DNA from: Vulcanimicrobiota bacterium
GTDB taxonomy: Bacteria > Vulcanimicrobiota > Vulcanimicrobiia > Vulcanimicrobiales > Vulcanimicrobiaceae
Direction of reading: 5' to 3'
Assembly: GCA_963695225.1 (NCBI GenBank)
Contig: OY968762.1
Location: 576,001 to 640,000 of the forward strand
DNA: 64,000 bases
Positions 21,508 to 30,616 of this stretch are shown piece after piece. The notes under the pieces are model-generated. The model was not told the origin of the DNA, did not search any database, and worked only from the letters and a program-made list of their open reading frames with translations. The translations under genes and the position numbers were made by a program. Positions within the stretch are counted from its first letter, which is position 1, and every line of letters begins with the position of its first letter.

Positions 21508-22200
21508 TTAGCGCTGCGCGAGGAAGCGCTTCGCGCCGAGGTAACGGCTAGCCCAATAACTATCGTTGAGCCGGCTGATCATGACGCCGTGGCTCGAACT
21601 GTGAATGAACCGTCCGTCGCCGACGTAGATGCCGACGTGCGACGGCCCGGGCTCGTACGTCTGGAAGAACACGAGATCTCCGACGACCATCTGATCGGTG
21701 ATCCTGTGCCCCGCGTAGTACTGAGCGTCGGCCGTGCGCGGCAAGTGGATGCCGAGCATCGCGAAAACGTGCTGCGTGTAGCCGGAGCAATCGAAGCCGC
21801 TCGGCGACGTGCCACCGAAGACGTACGGCGTCCCGATGTAGCGCATCGCGTTGCGCGTGAGCGACTGAGCGATCGACGACGTGCGGTCGATCAAGCGGCT
21901 GGCGATCTTGTTGATCTGCGCCGAGGCCGAGGACGGCGCGGCGGTCCACATCGGAACGTCGGGCGCGTCGACGATCGGGCTCTCGGCCTCCGCGTCGGCG
22001 GCGGCGTCCGCAGGCGTTGCGATCGCGACGTTCGCGGCGCTCGCGGCGCCGCCGTCGGGCCGAATGGTGGCGTCAACGGACGCTTGATGCGGAACTGAGG
22101 GCGTGACCGCGGCGGCTGCATCGTGCGTGCGCGCGTCGCTCGGGGCGGCGATCAGGGCGAGCGCCCCAACCAAGGCGGCGACCGAAACTGAACGGATCAA
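21508..22200 (-). CDS. NlpC/P60 peptidoglycan endopeptidase
   Basis: GTPYVFGG, GFDCSG, LPRTA, GDLVFF, HVGIY, FIHSS; signal peptide. Confidence 0.93.
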   Translation of the reverse strand: MIRSVSVAALVGALALIAAPSDARTHDAAAAVTPSVPHQASVDATIRPDGGAASAANVAIATPADAAADAEAESPIVDAPDVPMWTAAPSSASAQINKIASRLIDRTSSIAQSLTRNAMRYIGTPYVFGGTSPSGFDCSGYTQHVFAMLGIHLPRTADAQYYAGHRITDQMVVGDLVFFQTYEPGPSHVGIYVGDGRFIHSSSHGVMISRLNDSYWASRYLGAKRFLAQR

Positions 22201-22213
22201 AAGAGCTCCTCAT

Positions 22214-22328
22214 CGACGCTTGCGAGGTTAGTTGACGGGTTCGGACGGGAAGCTCGCCCGCGCGCCGACCGGCGCGTTCACCCCACCGTGGAATCCCCCG
22301 CTCCGGGCATCAGCCCGGATTCAGCGTT
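22214..22328 (-). ncRNA. Cyclic di-AMP riboswitch (ydaO/yuaA)
   Basis: Minus strand CGCTGAATCC...GGGGGA...TGGGGTGAA...CCGAACCCGTCAACTAACCTCGCAAGCG matches the conserved motif order; lies directly before a cell-wall hydrolase. Confidence 0.9.
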
Positions 22329-22464
22329 CTCGGTTCGGGAAAAGTCAAATTACCAACAGGCGGAACCTGTGGATAATTACCTGGGTCCCCAAAGTCGGGC
22401 ATCCAGGTCTTCCGTTCATTTTCTATCGGCGTGCGATTCCCTACCTAACCTTGCTCGGCTTCGT

Positions 22465-23817
22465 TCAGGAGGCCGCCTCCCGGATCGCGCGCGCCACTTC
22501 GGCGGCCAAGAGGCCGATTTGCGCGTGGTCGTCGCCCTCCATCATCACCCGGACGAGAGGCTCCGTCCCCGACGGCCGCACGAGCACGCGGCCGCTTGCT
22601 CCGAGCGCTTCTTCCGCCGCCGCGATCGCCGCCAGCACGCGCGCGTCGTTCGCGAAGCCGTTCTTGCGGCCGACGCGAACGTTCACGAGGATCTGCGGCG
22701 CGACGTGCAAGCGCGAAGCGAGCGCTCGCAAGCTCGTGCGTTCGCGCGCGACGATCGAGAGCAGCAGCACCGCGGTCATCGGACCGTCGCCGGTCGTGTT
22801 GCGCGTCAGGTCGATGATGTGACCCGATTGCTCGCCGCCGAGGGAATAGCCGTCTGCGAGCATCCGCTCGAGCACGTACCGATCGCCGACCGCCGCGCGC
22901 ACGAGGTGCAGACCCGATTCGGCGAGCGCGCGCTCCAGACCGATGTTGCTCATGACGGTTCCGACGATGCCCTCGCCGCGGAGCGTCCCCGCCGCGCGCG
23001 CTCGCTCCGCCAGGATCATCATCACGTGATCGCCGTTCAGCGCTTTGCCCGTTTCGTCGACGAAGAGCGCGCGATCAGCGTCGCCGTCGAACGCGACGCC
23101 GACGACGTGCGCCGCCGGATCCGCCGCGGCGACGTCGCGGACGCGCGCGCAGAGCGCGGTCAGATCGGTCGCGCCGCACGCGACGTTGATGCGCGCGCCG
23201 TCGTTCTCCGCATGCATCGCAACGACGTTCGCACCGAGCTCGGCAAGGACACGCGGCCCGATCTCGTATGCGGCGCCGTAGGCCGCATCGACGACGACCG
23301 TGAGGCCGGCAAGGCCGGTCCCCGCGTCGCGCAGCGCGGCCGCGTATTTCTCGACGAGTCCCGGAGCCGAACGGGCGATCCCGACGCCCGCGTGGGTCGG
23401 CCGCGGCAGATCGGGCGCATCGAGCCGGGCTTCGATTTCCGCTTCGTCGGCGTCGCTGAGCTTGAATCCGTCGCGGCCGAAGAACTTGAGCCCGTTGTCC
23501 TCGATCGGGTTGTGCGAGGCGCTGATGACGACGCCCGCGGCAGCTTCGATGGCGCGCGTCACGAGCGCCACGCCGGGCGTCGGGACGATCCCGAGCGAGA
23601 GTGCGTCGCGCCCAGTGGACGTGATCCCGGCGACGACGGCGGCTTCCAGCATCGTGCCCGAGAGCCGCGTATCGCGGCCGATCACGATCGGACGGTCGGG
23701 CGCGTGTCCGTGTGCGATGACGGCGGCCGCGGCGCGCCCCACGCTGAAGGCGAGTTCCGGCGTCAGATCGAGGTTGGCGACGCCGCGCACGCCGTCGGTT
23801 CCGAAGATGCGAGCCAC
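22465..23817 (-). CDS. glmM: Phosphoglucosamine mutase
   Basis: FGTDGVRG, ISASHNP, FDGDADR, GGEQSGH, RPSGTEP. Confidence 0.95.
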   Translation of the reverse strand: MARIFGTDGVRGVANLDLTPELAFSVGRAAAAVIAHGHAPDRPIVIGRDTRLSGTMLEAAVVAGITSTGRDALSLGIVPTPGVALVTRAIEAAAGVVISASHNPIEDNGLKFFGRDGFKLSDADEAEIEARLDAPDLPRPTHAGVGIARSAPGLVEKYAAALRDAGTGLAGLTVVVDAAYGAAYEIGPRVLAELGANVVAMHAENDGARINVACGATDLTALCARVRDVAAADPAAHVVGVAFDGDADRALFVDETGKALNGDHVMMILAERARAAGTLRGEGIVGTVMSNIGLERALAESGLHLVRAAVGDRYVLERMLADGYSLGGEQSGHIIDLTRNTTGDGPMTAVLLLSIVARERTSLRALASRLHVAPQILVNVRVGRKNGFANDARVLAAIAAAEEALGASGRVLVRPSGTEPLVRVMMEGDDHAQIGLLAAEVARAIREAAS

Positions 23818-23818
23818 G

Positions 23819-24487
23819 CTATTTCCTCTTGACTCCGGGCAGGAAGTGCGCGCGGACGCGCACGAGGTTCGGCGAGACGGTGACCGCGTCGAGCGCCGCG
23901 CCGCGCGCATCGACGGGGACGGGACGCTGCATCTCGTCGATCGCGCTCTCGCCCGGCGGGAGCGCGACGTCGACGTGCGCGCTCTCGATCCGGGCGAGAT
24001 CGCTCGTGACGCCGCGTGCCGTGACGCTCCGCGGAGCGAGCGCCACGGTATCGACGACGGTCCCGTAATGCCGGTCGTTGACGTAGTGGATCGCGACCGG
24101 AATGTTGCGCTCCTCGACCTTCTCGATCGAGAGCGTGACGGTCGTCGGCGAGATCGACTTGATTTGAAGGTGCGGCGCGACGACTTCGACCGGAACGTTG
24201 TAGACGCCGGGGCCCTTCCCTTCGAGGCTCAGCACGGCGCGCACGTCTTGCGGCTTGACGAGACCTCCGCCGCGCGGCGCCGCTATCGAGATCAGGGCTT
24301 CGCTGTCCGGATAACGCGCTTGCAGCCCGGGGAGTAGCCCGGCGGTGACGATCGGGACGCTCAGTTGCTGGTCGAAACGTGCCGCGATGATCGGCGCGGG
24401 CGCGAAGTGCAGGTAGCCCCAGGCGCCGCAGGCGAGCGCGACCGCGATCAGCTTGAGCTCCAGGTTGTTTCGGATGCGCTCAAGCAC
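23819..24487 (-). CDS. cdaR: CdaR/YbbR-like regulator of diadenylate cyclase
   Basis: N-terminal NLELKLIAVALA..W anchor and YbbR-like repeats; lies between cdaA and glmM. Confidence 0.8.
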   Translation of the reverse strand: MLERIRNNLELKLIAVALACGAWGYLHFAPAPIIAARFDQQLSVPIVTAGLLPGLQARYPDSEALISIAAPRGGGLVKPQDVRAVLSLEGKGPGVYNVPVEVVAPHLQIKSISPTTVTLSIEKVEERNIPVAIHYVNDRHYGTVVDTVALAPRSVTARGVTSDLARIESAHVDVALPPGESAIDEMQRPVPVDARGAALDAVTVSPNLVRVRAHFLPGVKRK

Positions 24488-25334
24488 GCGGCTGCACCCA
24501 GCCGGGCGGGGTCGCATTGGCCTCGCCGCGTTTGGGCGCCTTGCGGCCCGGGCGCGGGAGGCGGCTCGTTTCGCAGAGCGCTACGAGGACGCTGCGCAAG
24601 CGGGCCTCATCGTCCAGGGCGCGCGAAATGCGGCCGCTCTGCGCGATCGAGATGCTCCCCGTCTCCTCGGAGACGATCACCACGACGGCGTCCGTCTGCT
24701 CGGTGAGACCGAGCGCGGCGCGGTGCCGCGTCCCTAGGTGCCGGTCGCCCGGGATGTTCTCGGAGAGCGGCAGGAAGCACCCGGCGGCTTCGATCGTGGC
24801 GTTGTGGATGATCACGGCCCCGTCGTGCAGCGGCGTGTTGCGCGCGAAGATCGTCAGCAGCAGATCGAGCGTCACCTTCGCGTCGAGCTTCGTCCCGCTT
24901 TCGACGAACTCGCGCAAGCCGGTCGTCTGTTGGATCGCTATCAGCGCGCCGACGCGCTCCCGCGCGAGCGCGAGCGCCGCGCGGGCGACGGTCGCGAGCG
25001 CCGCGTTGCGCGCCGCGCTTCCTTCGCTCGATTCCCGGCGTGGAAACAGGCCGCCGCGCCCGAGCGTCTCGAGCGCGCGGCGCAGCTCGGGTTGAAAGAC
25101 GATCGGGAGCGCGACGGCCGTTCCGAGCAGGACGACTTGCAGCACCGTCGCGAGGACGAGCAGGTGCAAGAGCGTGGCCACGCCGAGAAGCGCGAGCAGA
25201 ACGAGGAGTCCGAGCAGAATCTGCACGGCGCGCGTGCCGCGAATCAACAGCAGGATGTAGTAGATAAAGACGGCCGTCACCAGAACGTCGAGCGCGTCCA
25301 GCGGGGTCGGCCACATCCAGGAGAGCGCGTTCAT
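24480..25334 (-). CDS. cdaA: Diadenylate cyclase
   Basis: Three TM helices, IVFQPELRRALE, PLHDGA, GTRHRAALG, VSEETG. Confidence 0.95.
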   Translation of the reverse strand: MNALSWMWPTPLDALDVLVTAVFIYYILLLIRGTRAVQILLGLLVLLALLGVATLLHLLVLATVLQVVLLGTAVALPIVFQPELRRALETLGRGGLFPRRESSEGSAARNAALATVARAALALARERVGALIAIQQTTGLREFVESGTKLDAKVTLDLLLTIFARNTPLHDGAVIIHNATIEAAGCFLPLSENIPGDRHLGTRHRAALGLTEQTDAVVVIVSEETGSISIAQSGRISRALDDEARLRSVLVALCETSRLPRPGRKAPKRGEANATPPGWVQPRA

Positions 25335-25876
25335 GCGCGCAACAACGGCTCCGCGTACGTCTCGATCAAGCGGCTCGCATCGAGGCCGTCCAACCCGAGA
25401 CGCGCGCCGGCGAAGCGCGCGAGCACGGCGTCCTCGAACGGAATGAGCGGGACGATCCGGCGCGGCCGGCCGCGCAATTCCGCATCGACGAGCGCGACGA
25501 CGAGATCGAGGGGCGTCACCTCGTCCTCGAGTTCGACGACGAGGCCCGTCGCGGTTCGCTCGCAGGAAACGATTCCGAGCGGGCGCCCCGCCCCTGCGAG
25601 CGCGTGCTCCAGCGCGGCAAGGCCCGCGCCGCCCGCGGGGATCACGTCGAGCACGACCAGCGGAGGCGCGTCTAGGCGCGCGCACCCCGTCGGCGCGAGC
25701 GCCGCGGCGGCGGGCGTCTCGCCCTCGTACTCGCAACGGAGATAGGTCCGCTCGAGCGGCCTCGCGAGGCTCCAGGAAGTCGGCGTCACCGCGAGAGAAA
25801 GCAGGACCGATGCAAGTGCCTCGCGCTCGCTCCCGGCAAGCACGCGATCGTAACGAAGGCTGAGCGCCCGTCTCAC
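25331..25876 (-). CDS. Hypothetical protein coupled to cdaA
   Basis: Stop overlaps cdaA start (ATGA); protein-like composition; start uncertain. Confidence 0.6.
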   Translation of the reverse strand: MRRALSLRYDRVLAGSEREALASVLLSLAVTPTSWSLARPLERTYLRCEYEGETPAAAALAPTGCARLDAPPLVVLDVIPAGGAGLAALEHALAGAGRPLGIVSCERTATGLVVELEDEVTPLDLVVALVDAELRGRPRRIVPLIPFEDAVLARFAGARLGLDGLDASRLIETYAEPLLRA

Positions 25877-25899
25877 ACCCACGTCTTTCGCCCAACTCC

Positions 25900-26772
25900 A
25901 TGGATGAGTCCCGTCGCGCGCGCGTCGTCGGCGTCGGCCGGAATGCGGCCTGGGTCGCATTCGAGGGCGAACACGAATTGCGCGTCGCCGACATTCCCAA
26001 GCGCCTGGAGCGTCTGCACCTCGTCCCGGGGGACCTCGTGCGGGCCCGTCCGCTCGAAGACGAGCGCGTCGTGATCGAATCGCGGGACGAGCGTTCGTTC
26101 ACGCTCGAACGCACGACGGGGGGAGGGCGCCGCAAGACGATGGCCGCGAACGTCGATACGCTCGCGATCGTCGCGGCGTTCGAACGCCCGCCGCTCCACC
26201 CGGCGATGATCGACGAACTGCTCGTCTTCGCCGAGACCCATCGGCTGCGGGCGGTCCTGTTGTTCACGAAGCCGGATCTCGCCGACCCACGCCGGGTCGA
26301 GGCGCTGCTCTCCCTGTACCGGGGCCTCGGATACCCGGCGCTCGCGATCAATCCGAAGGCCGGGGAGATCGAAGGGGTCGTCGGCCAACTCGAGGGGCGA
26401 CATACCCTCTTGATCGGACAATCGGGCGTGGGGAAAAGCTCGCTCTTCCGCGCGCTCGGCGGGGATACGCTCGTCGGCGAAGTGTCGAAGATCGGGCGCG
26501 GGCGTCAAACGACGACGAGCGCGCGCCTGCACCACTTCGGCGCGGGATTCTTGATCGACAGCCCCGGCGTCGGCGAATTCGAGGTTCTCGGCCGCCCTTG
26601 GGAGGAGAGCGCGAGCGGATTCGTCGAGTTCGCGCCCTTTCTCGGGACGTGCCGCTTCCGGGATTGCAGCCATCGGCACGAACCGGACTGCGCGGTCAAG
26701 GCCGCCGTCCTCGACGGGCGGATCGCCCGCAGCCGCTACGACAGCTACCGGACGATCGTCGACCGGACCTGA
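25900..26772 (+). CDS. rsgA: Small ribosomal subunit biogenesis GTPase
   Basis: ANVD, TKPD, GQSGVGKSS, GRQTT, DSPG, CRFRDCSHRHEPDC. Confidence 0.95.
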   Translation: MDESRRARVVGVGRNAAWVAFEGEHELRVADIPKRLERLHLVPGDLVRARPLEDERVVIESRDERSFTLERTTGGGRRKTMAANVDTLAIVAAFERPPLHPAMIDELLVFAETHRLRAVLLFTKPDLADPRRVEALLSLYRGLGYPALAINPKAGEIEGVVGQLEGRHTLLIGQSGVGKSSLFRALGGDTLVGEVSKIGRGRQTTTSARLHHFGAGFLIDSPGVGEFEVLGRPWEESASGFVEFAPFLGTCRFRDCSHRHEPDCAVKAAVLDGRIARSRYDSYRTIVDRT

Positions 26773-26779
26773 GGGCGTC

Positions 26780-28039
26780 CTATGCCGCGACGATTTCGCA
26801 GGGGTCCGCCACCGTGCGCGGCGTCCCCGCGCCGGGCGGGCGGAATCCGCGCTCGACGATCGCGACGAGTTGCTCGAATGCCGCGCTCGCGAACGGGTAC
26901 TGCGCTCGCAATCCATAGCCGAAAGCGGCGAACGCGTCGACGTGCGTCGCCGCGTCGATCTCGTAGTACCACGCTCGCTCCCCTTCGCCCGCAGCGACGA
27001 TCGCATCGAGGTAGGGCCGAGCGTGGATCGCCGGCGGGATCAACACGTCCGAGCTCCCCGCTATCGACACGAGCGGGCACCCGATCCGCCCGCTCTGCGC
27101 AAACCGGGCGATCCGCTCCGTCGCTTTCGGGGACGGCCGGTAGGCGCTGCGCGCCTCGAGTGTCGCCAGGAACGGCGCCTCTAGATCGAGCAGCCGGGCG
27201 TAGAGAAACGTGGTGAGGTCGCAGTAAAACGGGGGCCAGGCGAGATGGTCCCGCCAGAGCGAAGGGTGCACGGCGTCCTCCTGGCGGCGGTCCGGCGGGA
27301 ACCCGAGCGCGAGGAGCGCGTCCCGGTCGGTGGGGGCGACCTCGCCCCCCAGGGCGAGCGGCGACACGGCCCCGACGAACGCGGGCAAAACCGTGAGGAT
27401 GTTCCGTTCGGCCGACCAGCCGACGCCCGCCCAGTCCAGGGCACCGTCGACGAGCGAGGGGTGCCTCTCGATGAGGCTGCGGACCTGGGCTCCGCCATTC
27501 GAGAGGCCCACCGCGTAGGTACGCTCCGGCTTCGCCCCCCGGCGGCGGAGCAACTCTTCCCCGGCGTAGACGACGATGGCGGCATAATCGTCGTTCCACC
27601 GTTCGATCGTCGCCGCCGTGGGCTCGAGCGCGCCGAGCCGGATCCCGTCCCCCGGCGCGAGGAGGCCGGGAAACGGCGGCACGTAGACCGAGGGGTCGCC
27701 GCCCGCCGGCCCGACGATCGCGTTGAATGCGATCCCCTTGTTGCTCGCGACGTACGCGTAGCCGCCTGCGAGCGCCGTCTCCCCGAAGACGAGGTCGCAG
27801 GCGAACTCGCTGCGCGTGCCGGGCGTCCCCGCGGCGACGAGCTTCCCGTTCCAAGCGTCGGGGATGCGCAGGAGCGTCCGTTGCCCCGGTCCTAGCGATG
27901 TATGCAGCAGGACCCCCGGCACCGGGCGGGTTGCGGGCGAGCGGTGGCCCGGGGCCGTCAGGGCGGTCGCGTCGAGCGCGGGTTCGAAGCCCGGCAGCGC
28001 GGCGGGGAGGGGCGCTTCGCCGAAACGCAGATCGGCCAC
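26780..28039 (-). CDS. Alpha/beta hydrolase, tannase/feruloyl esterase or 3-hydroxybutyrate-oligomer hydrolase-like
   Basis: RIPDAWNGKL, GYAYVASNKG, GLSNGG nucleophile elbow, D (SSDVLI) and H (ATHVD); start uncertain (ORF extends to 28093). Confidence 0.7.
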   Translation of the reverse strand: MADLRFGEAPLPAALPGFEPALDATALTAPGHRSPATRPVPGVLLHTSLGPGQRTLLRIPDAWNGKLVAAGTPGTRSEFACDLVFGETALAGGYAYVASNKGIAFNAIVGPAGGDPSVYVPPFPGLLAPGDGIRLGALEPTAATIERWNDDYAAIVVYAGEELLRRRGAKPERTYAVGLSNGGAQVRSLIERHPSLVDGALDWAGVGWSAERNILTVLPAFVGAVSPLALGGEVAPTDRDALLALGFPPDRRQEDAVHPSLWRDHLAWPPFYCDLTTFLYARLLDLEAPFLATLEARSAYRPSPKATERIARFAQSGRIGCPLVSIAGSSDVLIPPAIHARPYLDAIVAAGEGERAWYYEIDAATHVDAFAAFGYGLRAQYPFASAAFEQLVAIVERGFRPPGAGTPRTVADPCEIVAA

Positions 28040-28180
28040 GTGAATCTCGCCGAGTAGTTCGATCGTGCCGTAAGGGAACACGGAAGGCCTCAAACCCTGG
28101 ACGCTCCGGGCGCTGTGTGGTACGATGGGCGGCGTGCCCGCTCGCCGGTCACGTTCGCCTTCGTTTTGCCGGAGTACCTC

Positions 28181-28504
28181 GTGCCGAATATCAAAGCCGC
28201 AGTTAAGTGGACGCGCCAGTCGGAGAAGCGCCGGAAGCGGAATCTGGACGCTAAGACCCGCTTGAAGACGCTGTTCAAGAAGGCGAAATCGAGCGCCGAT
28301 ACCGCGCTCGTTTCATCGGTCGAGAGCCAATTCGACAAGGCCGCGCAAAAGGGGATCATCCACCCGAACAAGGCGGCCCGGAAGAAATCGCGCCTCGCGA
28401 AGGCCGTCACGGTCGCCGCCGCCGCGCGCGCGGCCGCTCCCGCCGCGTCGAGCGTGAAGAACCCGAAGGCCACGAAAGCGCGCAAGAAGGGTGCAAAGGG
28501 CTGA
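28181..28504 (+). CDS. rpsT: 30S ribosomal protein S20 with Ala/Lys-rich C-terminal extension
   Basis: PNIKAAVK...RN...KTRLKT...DKAAQKGIIHPNKAARKKSRL; extended -10 TGgTACGAT near 28117-28125. Confidence 0.95.
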   Translation: MPNIKAAVKWTRQSEKRRKRNLDAKTRLKTLFKKAKSSADTALVSSVESQFDKAAQKGIIHPNKAARKKSRLAKAVTVAAAARAAAPAASSVKNPKATKARKKGAKG

Positions 28505-28529
28505 CGTCCGGCCGCGAGCCCGAAACGCG

Positions 28530-28560
28530 AGAAGCCGCTCATCGAGCGGCTTCTTCTTTT
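28530..28560 (+). terminator. Intrinsic terminator after rpsT
   Basis: AGAAGCCGCTC-atc-GAGCGGCTTCT followed by TCTTTT. Confidence 0.8.
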
Positions 28561-28580
28561 CCCCCTCCGCGGCCGAGAAC

Positions 28581-30269
28581 TCAGGGCTCGACGACATAGG
28601 TGCCGGGGGCTGCACACAGGGCTGGGAATTCGGCGCCGCCCGGCCGGCTCTCGGCGACGGGCCGCTGTGCGCCCGAGCGCTCGCCGACCCAGGCCAGCCA
28701 ATTCGGCCACCAAGATCCTGGGGTCACGACCGAACTCGCGAACCAATCGTCGGGCTTCGGCGGATTGGAGGGCGCCGCACGCCACGAGCCCTTCCCCTTG
28801 GACGGCGGATTGATGATCCCGGCGATGTGGCCGGAAGCGCCCAGTCTGAATTGCACGTCGCCGCCGAAGGTCTGCGTCATGTTGTAGACGGAGCGCCAGG
28901 GCGCGATATGGTCCTCTTGCGTCGCGACGCAATACGTATCGTTCTTGATCCGTCCGAGATCGATCGGAACGCCCTTCACGAGCATCTTGTCGGGCTTGAC
29001 CAAGTTGTTCTCGATGTACATGTTCTGCAGGTAGTAGTTCTGCATCGTCCGCGGCAAGCGGGTCGCATCGCTGTTCCAATAGAGCAGATCGAACGCGGGC
29101 GCGTCCTTCCCCATGAGATACCGGTTCACCGCAGGGTTCCAGATCAGGTCGGTCGAGCGCAGCAAGTTGAACGTATCGGCCATCTCGGAGCCGTCGAGAT
29201 ACCCGCGGACCGCCATCTTCTTATCCATCATCGCGAGCGCTTCGGGGCTCAGGAACGCCCGCAGGTCGCCGGCGTTCGTGAACTCCGTCATCGTCGCGAA
29301 GAACGTGGCGGAAACGGCGAGTTGCTCGCCCGTCCGCGCTAAGTAGGCCAGCGTCATCGCCGTCAGCGTCCCGCCGATGCAGTACCCGATGATGTTGACG
29401 TCCTTGGTCCCGGCGATCTTCGTGACGGCGCGCGCGGCCGTCAGCGAGCCGAGCTCGACGTAGTCTTCCATGTTCAAGCCCGATAGCTCGGGCCCCGGAT
29501 TCCGCCAGGAGACGATGAACGTGTGCAGGCCGTTATCGACGCAGTACTTGACGAAGCTGTTCGCCGGCTGCAGATCGAGGATGTAGAATTTATTGATGTA
29601 CGCCGGGATCATGAGGATCGGGCGCTCGTAGAGATGCTCGGTCGAGGGCGCGTATTCGATCAGCTCGATCAACTCGTTGCGGAAAACGACGCTGCCCTTC
29701 GACTGGGCGACGTTCTTGCCGACCTCGAAGGCGCTCTTGTCGACGAGCGCGGCACGCCCGGCGTTCTTCTCCTTGTCCTCGAGGAGGTTCTCCGCTCCGC
29801 GGACCAGATTCGCACCGCCCGTGCGGAACGTCTCCTCGATCACGGCCGGGTTGAGGAATGGGAAGTTCGTGGGAGCCATCGCATCGCAGAACTGCTTGGC
29901 GAAGAAACGCACGCGCAGGCGCGTCTCGTCGTCGATGTCCGGAGCCTTGTCGATCGATTCGAGGAGCGTTTTCGTAGCGAGGAGATAGCCTTGCTTGATC
30001 GCGTCGAAGGTCGCGTTGTCGGTCCAGGCCTGGTGCTTGAAGCGCGAATCGCTGCGCTCCGGCTCGATCAGAGGCGCGGGCTTCTCCGTGCCGGGCGGCG
30101 TCAGCGCCCGCGATGCGATTCCGAACCAGGCATTCGCGAGTTCGGCTTGCGCCGTCAGGAGCGATTGCGGGTGCTGGAGCATCGAGCCCCAGACCTTCAG
30201 TGCCGCCGAGTTGATCCCGAGGGGGTCGATCTGTTCCTTGAAGGGGCTGGGCCGATCATCGTTGCTCAC
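28581..30269 (-). CDS. phaC: Class I polyhydroxyalkanoate synthase
   Basis: INKFYILDL, SWRNP, GYCIGG (catalytic Cys), LYWNSD, DHIAPW, SGHIAG. Confidence 0.95.
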   Translation of the reverse strand: MSNDDRPSPFKEQIDPLGINSAALKVWGSMLQHPQSLLTAQAELANAWFGIASRALTPPGTEKPAPLIEPERSDSRFKHQAWTDNATFDAIKQGYLLATKTLLESIDKAPDIDDETRLRVRFFAKQFCDAMAPTNFPFLNPAVIEETFRTGGANLVRGAENLLEDKEKNAGRAALVDKSAFEVGKNVAQSKGSVVFRNELIELIEYAPSTEHLYERPILMIPAYINKFYILDLQPANSFVKYCVDNGLHTFIVSWRNPGPELSGLNMEDYVELGSLTAARAVTKIAGTKDVNIIGYCIGGTLTAMTLAYLARTGEQLAVSATFFATMTEFTNAGDLRAFLSPEALAMMDKKMAVRGYLDGSEMADTFNLLRSTDLIWNPAVNRYLMGKDAPAFDLLYWNSDATRLPRTMQNYYLQNMYIENNLVKPDKMLVKGVPIDLGRIKNDTYCVATQEDHIAPWRSVYNMTQTFGGDVQFRLGASGHIAGIINPPSKGKGSWRAAPSNPPKPDDWFASSVVTPGSWWPNWLAWVGERSGAQRPVAESRPGGAEFPALCAAPGTYVVEP

Positions 30270-30616
30270 GCGGACGACTTAACGTAGGGCGCCCGCCGGC
30301 CCTGCTCCGCCCCCGGCTTTCGCGAGCGGGGAGACGGCCGGCACGGACGGCACCTTCGTAGGAGGCGCGGGCCGATCCCCAGGCACCCCGCCGCGTCAAT
30401 CGAATACTCGCCGTAATGGGACGTCTCGGGGCCGCCGATACCTTCGGCACCTCCGAGGGAGAACGTCGTCGATGCTCGGTGAGGCGCCGCCCCGGCCGCT
30501 GAGGGGCCGGCGGGGCACTCGCGAGCGGGGAGGTCTACCGTTACGGCACTACGCTGCAGGCAGGTTGCGCGCCTTGAGGCGCGAGCGTTCGTGAGTTCGG
30601 CTTTCGAGCGGCGCCG

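Noticed and set aside
30320..30532. 14-bp direct repeat TCGCGAGCGGGGAG at 30320 and 30519
   Set aside because: Two GC-rich copies only, with no array or element; chance cannot be excluded
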